The notes under the pieces were generated by a model that was not told the origin of the DNA, made no database searches, and saw only the letters and a list, made by a program, of their open reading frames with translations. From the IMG/VR virus record IMGVR_UViG_3300008262_000055: 64,000 nucleotides of DNA, one strand, 5' to 3'. The position numbers were made by a program, and so were the translations under genes. Below are positions 1-8,531 of this stretch, in pieces. How positions within the stretch are numbered: position 1 is the stretch's first letter; the number at the start of each line of letters is the position of its first letter. This DNA is from a virus (taxonomy: Duplodnaviria > Caudoviricetes).

Positions 1-415
1 ACTTTCCTTTAGAAATAGGTGTAACATTAATGTATCCTGCTGGTCTATTAGTATCCATACCTTCTTCTGATAACATTTGTCTTACAATGTCTCTAAACCA
101 ACGATCTACGATTTCTTCCTCAGGGTCACCGTCAAAACCGTAACCCTCTTGCTTTAATTTTAACACAAATTGGTCGTTCCAGTCAAGTTCGAAAAAACCA
201 TTTCGAATATTATCTGGATTTACTTTGGTATCGAGGACGCTAACCCAAGGCTCATTTTTATGAGTAGCTCTTTCTTTTGGTGTTAGTTTAGCCTGCTCAG
301 CTTCTTCTTGTGCCCGAACTGTTTCGGCTACGGCTTTATCTCTGGCTGCTTGTAATGCTTCTTTTTCTGCCTTTAATTTATCGAGGCCAAACACTTTATC
401 TATAATTTTTTTCAT
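1..415 (-). CDS. hypothetical phage protein, runs off left edge (MKKIIDKVFGLDKLKAEKEA...EPWVSVLDTKVNPDNIRNGFFELDWND...)
   Basis: Hand-translated; ATG at 415 overlaps the queE stop (TAATG); open to position 1; absent from ORF track because no stop lies in the window. Confidence 0.8.
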   Translation of the reverse strand, partial: MKKIIDKVFGLDKLKAEKEALQAARDKAVAETVRAQEEAEQAKLTPKERATHKNEPWVSVLDTKVNPDNIRNGFFELDWNDQFVLKLKQEGYGFDGDPEEEIVDRWFRDIVRQMLSEEGMDTNRPAGYINVTPISKGK

Positions 416-1275
416 TAAGTTCCCCACTCATTTTTAAATAACGGTACCTGTAGTCTGTCGCTATAACGTAAACCTGCTTTTATTGCTAGTTCAGCCACCC
501 GTCGATTGTTAAGTGTGTAGACACTTTCTACACCTCCCACGGGCATCAAATATACAGGACCACTAAAACCTTCAGCACGATAAATGTCTACAGTCTCAAT
601 AGCTTCTTCTGCATCTTCTTCTGTAGCTATTACAAATTTAAGATATGTATAACCAACTTCTTCGTATTCACACACCACACTTGGTAATATAGCTTCGTGT
701 CTTGACTCTCCTGAACAGCTCAGTTTAGCACTTACACTGAAGGTTAATCTATGATAACCTCTATTTTCCATACCCCAGTCTAAAAGATATTTTTTAAATT
801 CTGGAGTGAGCGGTTGAGTACCGTTTGTTTCAAAGGTAATCTCTTTGAGATTTTTCATCTTAGGATGATCTAACAGTTCGGGGTAAGCACGTTGCCACCC
901 AAGCAGCGGTTCTCCTCCTGTGATGACGAGGTGTTCGTCTCTCCATTCATTGAACGGTAAAATCTCGCAGATTCTTTCTGCGATGGCGTCGGAAGTAAGC
1001 ATTGGGCTAAGGTCTTTAAAAGCAGGATGCCAGCTAGCGTAACTATCACAACCAGTAGAAACCAATGGAAGTTCTTCATATTTTTGAAATGATTCAATAT
1101 TTGCGTGTGTATAGGCAATGTCGTCGGCTTCAATGCTTATATCACCTTTAGGCATACCAAAGCCAGCACATTTAAAGTTACAACCAAATGTGCGTAAGAA
1201 CACAGAAGGTACGCCCATATAACGTCCTTCTCCTTGTACGCTGTAAAACAGCTCTGCGATTTTAATTTTGCTCAT
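415..1275 (-). CDS. queE: 7-carboxy-7-deazaguanine synthase (radical SAM)
   Basis: ELFYSVQGEG, FLRTFGCNFKC...GCDS, LVITGGEPL, ETNGT, YLMPVG and RLQV motifs typical of QueE. Confidence 0.9.
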   Translation of the reverse strand: MSKIKIAELFYSVQGEGRYMGVPSVFLRTFGCNFKCAGFGMPKGDISIEADDIAYTHANIESFQKYEELPLVSTGCDSYASWHPAFKDLSPMLTSDAIAERICEILPFNEWRDEHLVITGGEPLLGWQRAYPELLDHPKMKNLKEITFETNGTQPLTPEFKKYLLDWGMENRGYHRLTFSVSAKLSCSGESRHEAILPSVVCEYEEVGYTYLKFVIATEEDAEEAIETVDIYRAEGFSGPVYLMPVGGVESVYTLNNRRVAELAIKAGLRYSDRLQVPLFKNEWGT

Positions 1276-1540
1276 AGATGTTTGACCATTTTTTTAATTT
1301 TTCAAATTTAGCTTTTTTAGCACTTTCCATTTTGTCTTTGGAAATTATACCGTCTTTTTCTAAAAGATCAACCATAGCTAACAGGTCACCTAGTTCTTCT
1401 TCTAGATGCTCTCTGTTTGTCTTGGGCTTTCCTGGTTTGTAATTATCGATTCCAAAACGATTAATTTTAGAAACTGCTTGTATGACTTCGGAACATTCTT
1501 CTTGGAGAATGCTCATAATTTCGTGAGATTTAGTATTCAT
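1262..1540 (-). CDS. MazG-like nucleotide pyrophosphohydrolase
   Basis: EECSEVIQAVSK...LEEELGDLL acidic helical motif; start moved to MNTKSHE (1540). Confidence 0.75.
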   Translation of the reverse strand: MNTKSHEIMSILQEECSEVIQAVSKINRFGIDNYKPGKPKTNREHLEEELGDLLAMVDLLEKDGIISKDKMESAKKAKFEKLKKWSNIYEQN

Positions 1541-1547
1541 ACTAATA

Positions 1548-1715
1548 TTATACACTCTCTTTGTTCTCGTTGTCAAGCTTCTTAGATAACATCCAAGAAC
1601 CATCGCCATTATCTTTCCAAACTAAAACATCCCCTTCTTTCCAACCATTAGCTTCTAGGAGATCGGGCGGAAAGGTTATTACTCCGTCATCATCAATAGT
1701 TAAAACCCATTTCAT
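1548..1715 (-). CDS. small AbrB/MazE/SpoVT-like DNA-binding protein (55 aa)
   Basis: Hand-translated MKWVLTIDDDGVITFPPDLLEANGWKEGDVLVWKDNGDGSWMLSKK; fits the swapped-hairpin AbrB pattern; below ORF-track cutoff. Confidence 0.65.
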   Translation of the reverse strand: MKWVLTIDDDGVITFPPDLLEANGWKEGDVLVWKDNGDGSWMLSKKLDNENKESV

Positions 1716-2295
1716 ACAACTTCTCCTTAATTCGTTGAGCTACAATTTTATTACCTTCTTCGGTATAATGATTTACTAGTCCTCTATGAAAGGTCCAGTG
1801 ACTAGTAAAATCCATGTGTAATTCTTCAAAAGCATGATTACAACTAGTTGGTGTATGATCTATAGCTAGATAAGGCAGCTTAATCAATCTACGAATTTCT
1901 CTTCTAACAATATCGTAGATATCTGTTTGATATTGTTCATCATAATGATGTTTGAACCAATTGTAGGCTGTAACAGTACTTTCATTTTTAGGATCTAGAT
2001 TAGCTTCTACATCACTAAAGATCAAATCACAGTTAGCGTGTAACTTGCTTTGATGTATGGGATTAAGGGTGTGAACTCTAAAAGGACTAGTATGATTTAC
2101 TATTACTAAATCAAATTTATCTAAATTTTGATTCTTAATCTGATTTAATATTTTATATTCACCTACTCCGGCCTGAGAAACGTTAGTAATATTATAATCT
2201 TTTTTTAATAACTCGGGCCAACCAGACGGACTGTCGGGCCATTTAGCAGAGAAACTATCACCTGCTAATAAAATTTTTAAATTGTTTTTAGCCAT
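1693..2295 (-). CDS. SGNH/GDSL-hydrolase-like protein
   Basis: LAGDSFS near N-terminus, NVSQAGVG block II, C-terminal VNHYTEEGN. Confidence 0.55.
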   Translation of the reverse strand: MAKNNLKILLAGDSFSAKWPDSPSGWPELLKKDYNITNVSQAGVGEYKILNQIKNQNLDKFDLVIVNHTSPFRVHTLNPIHQSKLHANCDLIFSDVEANLDPKNESTVTAYNWFKHHYDEQYQTDIYDIVRREIRRLIKLPYLAIDHTPTSCNHAFEELHMDFTSHWTFHRGLVNHYTEEGNKIVAQRIKEKLYEMGFNY

Positions 2296-3095
2296 GGAAT
2301 AAATTTAGTAGCAATTAAATCGTGAAACGATTTGTTGTAGTGTTCATTGTCGTCAAGATAATATTTTTTGTGATCAATGAATTTCTTTCTAAAGAACGAT
2401 TCTACTGTAACAGGTGATATTATAGTAGACTTTAATTTTGTATAAAAATCAAACTTTTCCGGAAATTTTACTCTGTCGGTCATATTAAACAGATAGAGTT
2501 TACAACCGTGATCTTCACACATTCTATCCATAACAAGTACATCTTTAAAAAAATCTCTTTGTTCTAGATGAGTATTTAGATCAAAGAATAATTTTACATC
2601 CATGTATGTATCTTTTCGGAGATCTGGTTTTATTAGACCATTTTGATAATCAAAATTAATATCAGCAATTTTTCCAAAATCTTCAAATGTTGGTTTGTTA
2701 AGAAGTTGAAAACGATCGTCTTTAAATATTTGATCATAATACAGATCAACTAACGGATTCTTTTTTTCGTGTTTTAATGTAAAAAAATCTGCCGGTAATG
2801 TATCTTGCGAAAGAGTTTCGTTAAACGCAAGAACAAATCTATTAAAGCTAGATAATAAAACATACACTTCGTCAATGTCGGGGTGTCTATCTAACATAAC
2901 ACGTAACCAATCTGGATATATTCGATTACACACGCCCGGTAACGCATACACCGATGTTGGCTTAGAAAAAGTTTCAGCGTATGACTCTGCGTAGCTATTA
3001 TCATTCCACATACTATAACTACCAAAGCCAACCTTGCCGGGAATAGTTACATATCCGCACGTATGACTATCGCCTAAAAATAATGCCCTACTCAT
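2277..3095 (-). CDS. SGNH/GDSL-hydrolase-like protein
   Basis: FLGDSHTCG near N-terminus, C-terminal DNEHYN. Confidence 0.5.
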   Translation of the reverse strand: MSRALFLGDSHTCGYVTIPGKVGFGSYSMWNDNSYAESYAETFSKPTSVYALPGVCNRIYPDWLRVMLDRHPDIDEVYVLLSSFNRFVLAFNETLSQDTLPADFFTLKHEKKNPLVDLYYDQIFKDDRFQLLNKPTFEDFGKIADINFDYQNGLIKPDLRKDTYMDVKLFFDLNTHLEQRDFFKDVLVMDRMCEDHGCKLYLFNMTDRVKFPEKFDFYTKLKSTIISPVTVESFFRKKFIDHKKYYLDDNEHYNKSFHDLIATKFIPWLKTI

Positions 3096-3295
3096 GTGGT
3101 ATACCTGCTGTTATTTTTCTCGTGATATTCTTTTCTTAATCTACGACACTCTTCTTTAACTTCGATAGGAAAGTCAGGGCTGATTTCAGATATAGTACAA
3201 TCATAAATTTTAGTCCGCGGGTTTCCTAAGTCAGAAGTTAACATAATGAATACACAAAATAGCACTGCTATAATTATGATAATCCTGTCTCTCAT
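3092..3295 (-). CDS. hypothetical membrane-anchored protein
   Basis: MRDRIIIIIAVLFCVFIML hydrophobic N-terminus; ATGA overlap with upstream gene supports start 3295. Confidence 0.65.
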   Translation of the reverse strand: MRDRIIIIIAVLFCVFIMLTSDLGNPRTKIYDCTISEISPDFPIEVKEECRRLRKEYHEKNNSRYTT

Positions 3296-3486
3296 ATTTC
3301 CTCGCTGATCATTAGCTTGCAAAAGAAAGCATCTTTTTCGTTTTTAAAAAAGAACTTCATATCGTCAGCAGACACTTCAGTAGTGTATTTGTCCCCTGGC
3401 AAACCAAAGTGTTCAAGGATTTTAGCACAAGTTTCGTTCCAAAAAACATTACTTTGATTTTTCCAAGGTATCTTAATTTCAGTCAT
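3292..3486 (-). CDS. hypothetical protein
   Basis: ORF in operon packing with overlapping start/stop codons. Confidence 0.65.
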   Translation of the reverse strand: MTEIKIPWKNQSNVFWNETCAKILEHFGLPGDKYTTEVSADDMKFFFKNEKDAFFCKLMISEEI

Positions 3487-3682
3487 TAAAATATTTTTCC
3501 ATTACTTCAAGTTTATCCATATATTCAGCAATCTGAGCAACTTCTTTTTCAATAGCATCCATAAGATCTGTATGATCGTGAATGGCCATAGGATTAGCTA
3601 ACATAATGTCAACATTCATTTTATGTTTTAGAATGTGTGCTTCGAAATGTTGCTTTAGTGTTTCGACAATTTGCTTTTTCAT
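3479..3682 (-). CDS. hypothetical coiled-coil protein
   Basis: ORF in operon packing; helical composition. Confidence 0.7.
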   Translation of the reverse strand: MKKQIVETLKQHFEAHILKHKMNVDIMLANPMAIHDHTDLMDAIEKEVAQIAEYMDKLEVMEKYFND

Positions 3683-4071
3683 TTTGATTTCCTATAATTT
3701 CCCTTTTCGGGTATTACATGTCTAACCCCACCTGTGGGATCTTCCATGTCGCCTTTGCGTCTCGGTATTAGATGAACATGTGGCCATTCAACAGTTTGAC
3801 CAGCAGCTTTACCATAGTTGAGACCTACGTTAAATCCGTCCCATATACCCTGCTCTACTTGTAGTTTGCCAAATCGAACAGCATCTTCAATCGAGTCCAT
3901 CAACACAGCAACGGTGTTGTATTTAGGTACATATAATAGATGGCCTTCAGTTACTGGATATTTGTCAGCAAATACCTTAGTATGAAAGTCTTCGCTAATA
4001 ACAGTTTCCCATGGAGCGTCTGTTGAATCATCAATACACGGAGGTTGACTGTGTATTACGGTTTGGTTCAT
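3679..4071 (-). CDS. HIT family (histidine triad) nucleotide hydrolase
   Basis: DKYPVTEGHLLYVPK, GFNVGLNYGKAAGQTVEWPHVHLIPRR. Confidence 0.9.
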   Translation of the reverse strand: MNQTVIHSQPPCIDDSTDAPWETVISEDFHTKVFADKYPVTEGHLLYVPKYNTVAVLMDSIEDAVRFGKLQVEQGIWDGFNVGLNYGKAAGQTVEWPHVHLIPRRKGDMEDPTGGVRHVIPEKGNYRKSK

Positions 4072-4307
4072 CGTTGAAATTCCTTACGTTCTTGTGGTAG
4101 ATCGTTTTCTCGAACTACAAATTCACGCCCGCCTAAACTTCCTACAAATGCTTTGGTACGTTCCATATAGGCCAATCTTAGTTTAATAGTTTGGAATGCT
4201 ACTTCTAAAAATGCTTTAGGTTTGTATCCTAAAATATGCATATCAAAGTCTTTGCCTGCGTCTGTACAGTGAACTTTAATTTTTTGATCAATCATTTCGT
4301 CCACCAA
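4068..4307 (-). CDS. hypothetical protein
   Basis: ORF in operon packing. Confidence 0.6.
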   Translation of the reverse strand: MVDEMIDQKIKVHCTDAGKDFDMHILGYKPKAFLEVAFQTIKLRLAYMERTKAFVGSLGGREFVVRENDLPQERKEFQR

Positions 4308-4798
4308 TCTTCAAAAGGAAAATCAATCCAAACATCTTTTTCTGCTTTGTTTATCTCTTCGCCAATATAATCCATTGGCACTTCAGCTTTGCTAGCAAGA
4401 TTATCAAACACAGTGGCAAATCTTACATTGTCATTCCACACTTCGGCCCATTTGGAATCGTTAGAAAAACATCCACTAGGCCAGTCATTTAAAATCCAAT
4501 TAATTGTAGCACCAGTATCGTTGATATCATCAACAATGAGAATCTTCTTGTCATTAAACGCATCTTCAGCCATCCACAGATTGCTTTCAGTAGCGTGTTC
4601 CCCGCCGTTGTCTCTAAGGCTTACCTTTAATGCTTCACATGGCACATTAAAATATTGACTGATCATTACAGCAGGTAATAATCCGCCTCTAGTAATTCCT
4701 ACTATATAATCAGGACGCCAACTACTTAAACTGATATCTCTACATATTTTTGCTATCAGGTTTTGGAATTCTATCCAACTAACTTTACGCTTTACCAT
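4292..4798 (-). CDS. type I phosphoribosyltransferase (xanthine/guanine PRT-like)
   Basis: IVGITRGGLLPA and PRPP-binding ILIVDDINDTGAT; W.DFPFE C-terminus. Confidence 0.85.
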   Translation of the reverse strand: MVKRKVSWIEFQNLIAKICRDISLSSWRPDYIVGITRGGLLPAVMISQYFNVPCEALKVSLRDNGGEHATESNLWMAEDAFNDKKILIVDDINDTGATINWILNDWPSGCFSNDSKWAEVWNDNVRFATVFDNLASKAEVPMDYIGEEINKAEKDVWIDFPFEDWWTK

Positions 4799-5249
4799 TA
4801 GACTCCTTACGTTGTGCTATATATTTTTCGTTTTGTATCCATTTGTTGTTAACAAGAAATCCCCATTCTCTTTTTTGAGGACCTGGCATGAATAACGTCC
4901 AAGCAGTTACTCCTTCTTTTAGCTCAATACGATGATAACTGTTTGGACTACAAATTCTAAAATGACCAGGGCCACGCCAGTATTTTATTTCGTTAATTTT
5001 TTTACCTAGAGTGTTAAACACTGGGACCCATTCGTAGTACCCACCAGCAAGAATTAGTGTAGCATACGGCCATGGATGATCATGAACATCATCGGGATCA
5101 CCTTTTAAGAACTTATGTAAGAATATGTTAAAGGGAAAACGCTCGCGATCTTTAAGAAAAAGATAGTAGCGTTCTAGATATGGTTCGTTATCTACACGAT
5201 CCATGATGATACGTTTGCGACCTAGTCGTTCAAGCAGTTTCAACAACAT
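4785..5249 (-). CDS. cupin-like metal-binding protein
   Basis: VHDHPW...GGYYE and YHRIEL cupin-type His/Glu motifs. Confidence 0.55.
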   Translation of the reverse strand: MLLKLLERLGRKRIIMDRVDNEPYLERYYLFLKDRERFPFNIFLHKFLKGDPDDVHDHPWPYATLILAGGYYEWVPVFNTLGKKINEIKYWRGPGHFRICSPNSYHRIELKEGVTAWTLFMPGPQKREWGFLVNNKWIQNEKYIAQRKESNGKA

Positions 5250-5652
5250 CTCTTACCTCTTGGTCTAGATAACGGATTAATTCTTTGTCAGTAGGTTCGA
5301 CAGTATAATTCTGTTTGAAAAAGATCTCATAACTGTCTGAACCATATTTACCAATGCCATATAATATTGTAGCATCATTTCCGTCCCAGGTCAAATAACC
5401 TCTGCTCATTCCGATCAATCTCTTATAACGGACATTAACCATTCCCAAAGGCTGTATGATGCTTTTGACGAATTCTTCATCAGCGTTTATCAGTGTGATA
5501 GGATCGGGAAACCAATATAGGAATTCTGGCAGGCAGGTCTTAACAGGCTTTCGACTGGTCTGATTAAGCATTATGACACCTACAAAGTGTTCCCATGAGT
5601 TCGAGATCTGTTGTTGTACCATTAGGTCGTCACGTAGAGGGTTGAACCACAT
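5230..5652 (-). CDS. MBD4-like HhH-GPD DNA glycosylase (stand-alone catalytic domain)
   Basis: MLNQTS, IQPLGM, LYGIGKYGSDSYEIF (HhH) and EPTDKEL (catalytic Asp position) match the MBD4 glycosylase pattern. Confidence 0.8.
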   Translation of the reverse strand: MWFNPLRDDLMVQQQISNSWEHFVGVIMLNQTSRKPVKTCLPEFLYWFPDPITLINADEEFVKSIIQPLGMVNVRYKRLIGMSRGYLTWDGNDATILYGIGKYGSDSYEIFFKQNYTVEPTDKELIRYLDQEVRDVVETA

Positions 5653-5654
5653 GA

Positions 5655-5726
5655 TTATTTCCTAATAAAGATCCATAAGATGACACCAACGACGATTCCA
5701 ACTATCATACCTAGAGCGAACAGCAT
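5655..5726 (-). CDS. 23-aa single-TM micropeptide MLFALGMIVGIVVGVILWIFIRK
   Basis: Hand-translated; ATG overlaps the upstream stop (TAATG); fills the gap exactly. Confidence 0.6.
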   Translation of the reverse strand: MLFALGMIVGIVVGVILWIFIRK

Positions 5727-5944
5727 TATTCTACTCCTTCGCCAAACCAGTCATCGACCTGCTGTTCAGCTTCTTGCTGTGTCATGGCATGTACGAATAT
5801 TTTAGCAAGTTCACCTTGAGTATGTTGAATATTAAATTTAATAACACCTGCAGGGATCAAATCCCAGTCTCTTTCAACTACAAATTCTTGTAGATGTTTC
5901 ATTCTGTGTATTAAATTATCTGTGAGGGCTTTGGCTGTGCTCAT
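5726..5944 (-). CDS. hypothetical protein
   Basis: ORF in operon packing. Confidence 0.65.
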   Translation of the reverse strand: MSTAKALTDNLIHRMKHLQEFVVERDWDLIPAGVIKFNIQHTQGELAKIFVHAMTQQEAEQQVDDWFGEGVE

Positions 5945-6777
5945 CTTGGGGCAAACTCCTGTTGTAGTTTAATGTTATCAAAGAATTCTTTCTTAGTATT
6001 GCCGTCGTCTTTGAAAGCACCTTTTAATACTGTAGTCTGTGTAAGACTAGAGTGTGCCATAATACCGCGATTCTCACAGCATCCGTGTACTGCTTGGATG
6101 TAGACACCTAGATCTTTGGCTCCTGTGGCACGTTCGATCTCCCTAGCAATGTCATTACAAAGTTCCTCCTGGAGAGTACCTCGACGGGCACACCACTGAG
6201 CGATCCTTGTATACTTGCTAAGTCCGATGAGTTTCTGAGCCGCAATAAGACCAATATAAGCAACACCAGTAACGGGTTGGTGATGATGGCTGCACATGCT
6301 ACGAAGCTCACTGCGAACAACCAACATACCTTCATAACGATCCGCTGTGTCGTTGGGAAATGCTGTTGCGTCTGGTGCTGGTTCATATCTTCCTGCCATT
6401 ATTTCATTAAAATACATCTTAGCCAGTCTACGTGCTGTACCCTGACTGTTAGGATCGTTTTCACGATCAATCAGCAAACGATCTAGCACTAGTTCAAATG
6501 CTTCTGTTGCTTCGTCGATTAGTTTTTCTTTATCGCCTTCGTGTAAGAAGTCGCTGATATTATCTCCAGCCCAGAATCGTTTTCCTTCACGCTTCATTTT
6601 AAAGCGAAGATGATCACCAAGATATGCTTCTTTGTAGCCACCGTCGCCTGCCATTGCGTCAAGTGCTGTTTCTTTTTTAATATAAACCGTTTTACCTAAT
6701 GGTTCATATTTTTCTTCTTTAAAATCTTTATTCACATCTGCGTGAATTACAGGATCCGGTGTAAATTTGGTTGTCAA
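5941..6777 (-). CDS. folE: GTP cyclohydrolase I
   Basis: SMCSHHHQP, IGLSKYTRI, LQEEL, HGCCENRG motifs; TTG start with GGAG SD. Confidence 0.95.
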   Translation of the reverse strand: MTTKFTPDPVIHADVNKDFKEEKYEPLGKTVYIKKETALDAMAGDGGYKEAYLGDHLRFKMKREGKRFWAGDNISDFLHEGDKEKLIDEATEAFELVLDRLLIDRENDPNSQGTARRLAKMYFNEIMAGRYEPAPDATAFPNDTADRYEGMLVVRSELRSMCSHHHQPVTGVAYIGLIAAQKLIGLSKYTRIAQWCARRGTLQEELCNDIAREIERATGAKDLGVYIQAVHGCCENRGIMAHSSLTQTTVLKGAFKDDGNTKKEFFDNIKLQQEFAPR

Positions 6778-6812
6778 TTATTTTTCTCCGAGTTATTGTC
6801 GTGGATGACATA

Positions 6813-7913
6813 TTATTTTAACATCTTTAATAGTTTATCGCAACTAAAGAAATCATTCGTTAATATATCGACCTGTTTATTTAGGCTTGGTAAAAACTTT
6901 TCATAATTTTCCATGTACTGGATTATCTTATGGCAGACTTCTTTCCTGTGGATTTCATATGATTCAAAAGATTCAGTCCATTCGCTAGGATACTTAAATG
7001 TATCAAACGCCATTTCACTGTAGCTTAATCTATCAGGAACCATAGGAATAGCATCTACTAACGCACCTTCGTACCAGCTAATGCCTAGTGTTTCTTGTAA
7101 ATTAGCACTGAACACTAACTTTGCCTCTCCTAGCATATTATGATATTCATTTTTTGTCAACGGGTATTCTTGACAGACTTTGAACTCATATTGAGGAAGA
7201 TGTTTTTTAAGATCTTCAAAGATTGGCAATTGTTTTTCTGGAGCAATACGATGTGGAAATAGTATAAGATTACGTTTAGGCATATTCTTATACATTAACA
7301 ATGTATCAGACATATATTCCATAGGCCATCCAGAACGAACTACATTTTTCCATTCGCCTTTAAGGGCATCTGCTACATCGTCTTCTATCCAAGGATTTTC
7401 AAACATTCCGTCATTGATAAGGTTACGGATAAACATCTCAATATGAAAATTTGTAGCAAAGTAGTTGTGATCAAATGCGTAGAAGAAACTCTTCTCGGCA
7501 TTTCTAACCCAAGGCTTATTGCCTACAAGACGACCTAGGAAGTCTTGAGGATCATAACTGCCAGCATGCCATAATCCGTGTGTTGTTACCGGAATGCCCA
7601 GCAGTTCACTCATGTACTTTAAGTTTATGATACCAGGATGCCAAGCATCAGTAAAAATAAAGTGATCACCGGGATGAACGGCTCCGTTACAAAATAAGCG
7701 GCCCATCTGCTCAACCTGATTAGCTTTGTATATATTGGTACCACCAAAATTAAGAAAGGCACCAGGAGTAGTGGCACTAGGAATATCCTGAGGGCCAGAG
7801 ATAATTTGAACATCATGTCCCCTTTTTTGTAACAAGGTAGGCAAGTGAGATTTCCACTGGCCTGTGTACCTTGTTTCTACTGCTTCGAGATCTACAAGAA
7901 ATACCTTAGCCAT
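6813..7913 (-). CDS. GT-B fold glycosyltransferase (GT4-like)
   Basis: C-terminal FPHRIAPEK and E-x7-E (ETLGISWYE) nucleotide-sugar-binding motifs; start MAKVFLVD at 7913. Confidence 0.7.
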   Translation of the reverse strand: MAKVFLVDLEAVETRYTGQWKSHLPTLLQKRGHDVQIISGPQDIPSATTPGAFLNFGGTNIYKANQVEQMGRLFCNGAVHPGDHFIFTDAWHPGIINLKYMSELLGIPVTTHGLWHAGSYDPQDFLGRLVGNKPWVRNAEKSFFYAFDHNYFATNFHIEMFIRNLINDGMFENPWIEDDVADALKGEWKNVVRSGWPMEYMSDTLLMYKNMPKRNLILFPHRIAPEKQLPIFEDLKKHLPQYEFKVCQEYPLTKNEYHNMLGEAKLVFSANLQETLGISWYEGALVDAIPMVPDRLSYSEMAFDTFKYPSEWTESFESYEIHRKEVCHKIIQYMENYEKFLPSLNKQVDILTNDFFSCDKLLKMLK

Positions 7914-8124
7914 GGCGTTTATTGTATGGCTTGTATCCACGATCCGTGTAGCCACGATTGTTATCCCAACGTCTTGGAGGACGTTGACTATTTAAAAACG
8001 CACGATAATTTTCATTATCTTTATTGTATAAATGTGCGGGATTAAACTCACGCAACTCGAAACGGCAAAAATCCAAGTAGCGGTCGAGATCGTCAAAGAT
8101 TTTCTCAACTTGTTGTTTCATCAT
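7906..8124 (-). CDS. hypothetical protein
   Basis: ORF with AAGGA SD, operon packing. Confidence 0.7.
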   Translation of the reverse strand: MMKQQVEKIFDDLDRYLDFCRFELREFNPAHLYNKDNENYRAFLNSQRPPRRWDNNRGYTDRGYKPYNKRHG

Positions 8125-8133
8125 GTTTCCTTT

Positions 8134-8340
8134 TTAATATTTGATGAATGAACCATTTTCTCCGTCTTCGGAGACCTCAATCCAAACCTCACGGTCTGGG
8201 TACTTTGCGTGAATCTGAGCGTATAAATCATCGCTCATCATCTCACAACTCTTATAGTCTAGCGACAATACACCTTCGTTGCTAGAATACAATTTTTCCA
8301 ACCATCGTTTGAATTGTATAAATTCCACATCTCTGTCATT
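8134..8340 (-). pseudogene. 5'-truncated QueD-like/T-fold protein (C-terminal half NDRDVEFIQFKRWLEKLY...KSCEMMSDDLY...VSEDGENG)
   Basis: Frame is open from 8340 but preceded by in-frame TAG with no ATG or SD. From memory, it resembles the C-terminal half of a phage T-fold family found near folE/queE. Confidence 0.5.
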
Positions 8341-8531
8341 GCGTCTCTAGTCATATGAAAGTTATATGTGCTTGAAGAATTAACCTTGCCATCATCATTT
8401 AGACATTCTTGAATAATATCTACAGAAAATAATCCTTTAGGATTGATAGATTCCCAAGATTCTACACGAACCCTATATGCTGGACTTTCTTTAACAGTGA
8501 TGTTTTTAATATTTAGATCAGTGTGTCTCAT
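8259..8531 (-). CDS. hypothetical protein (C-terminus possibly chimeric)
   Basis: ORF; last ~27 codons run through the other frame of the 8134-8340 fragment. Confidence 0.6.
   Translation of the reverse strand: MRHTDLNIKNITVKESPAYRVRVESWESINPKGLFSVDIIQECLNDDGKVNSSSTYNFHMTRDAMTEMWNLYNSNDGWKNCILATKVYCR

Noticed and set aside
8134-8400. Stop-codon recoding (TAG read-through) or programmed frameshift explaining the fragment
   Set aside because: The same frame also hits TAA further upstream, TAG ends other genes, long genes are intact in code 11, and no slippery site is evident.
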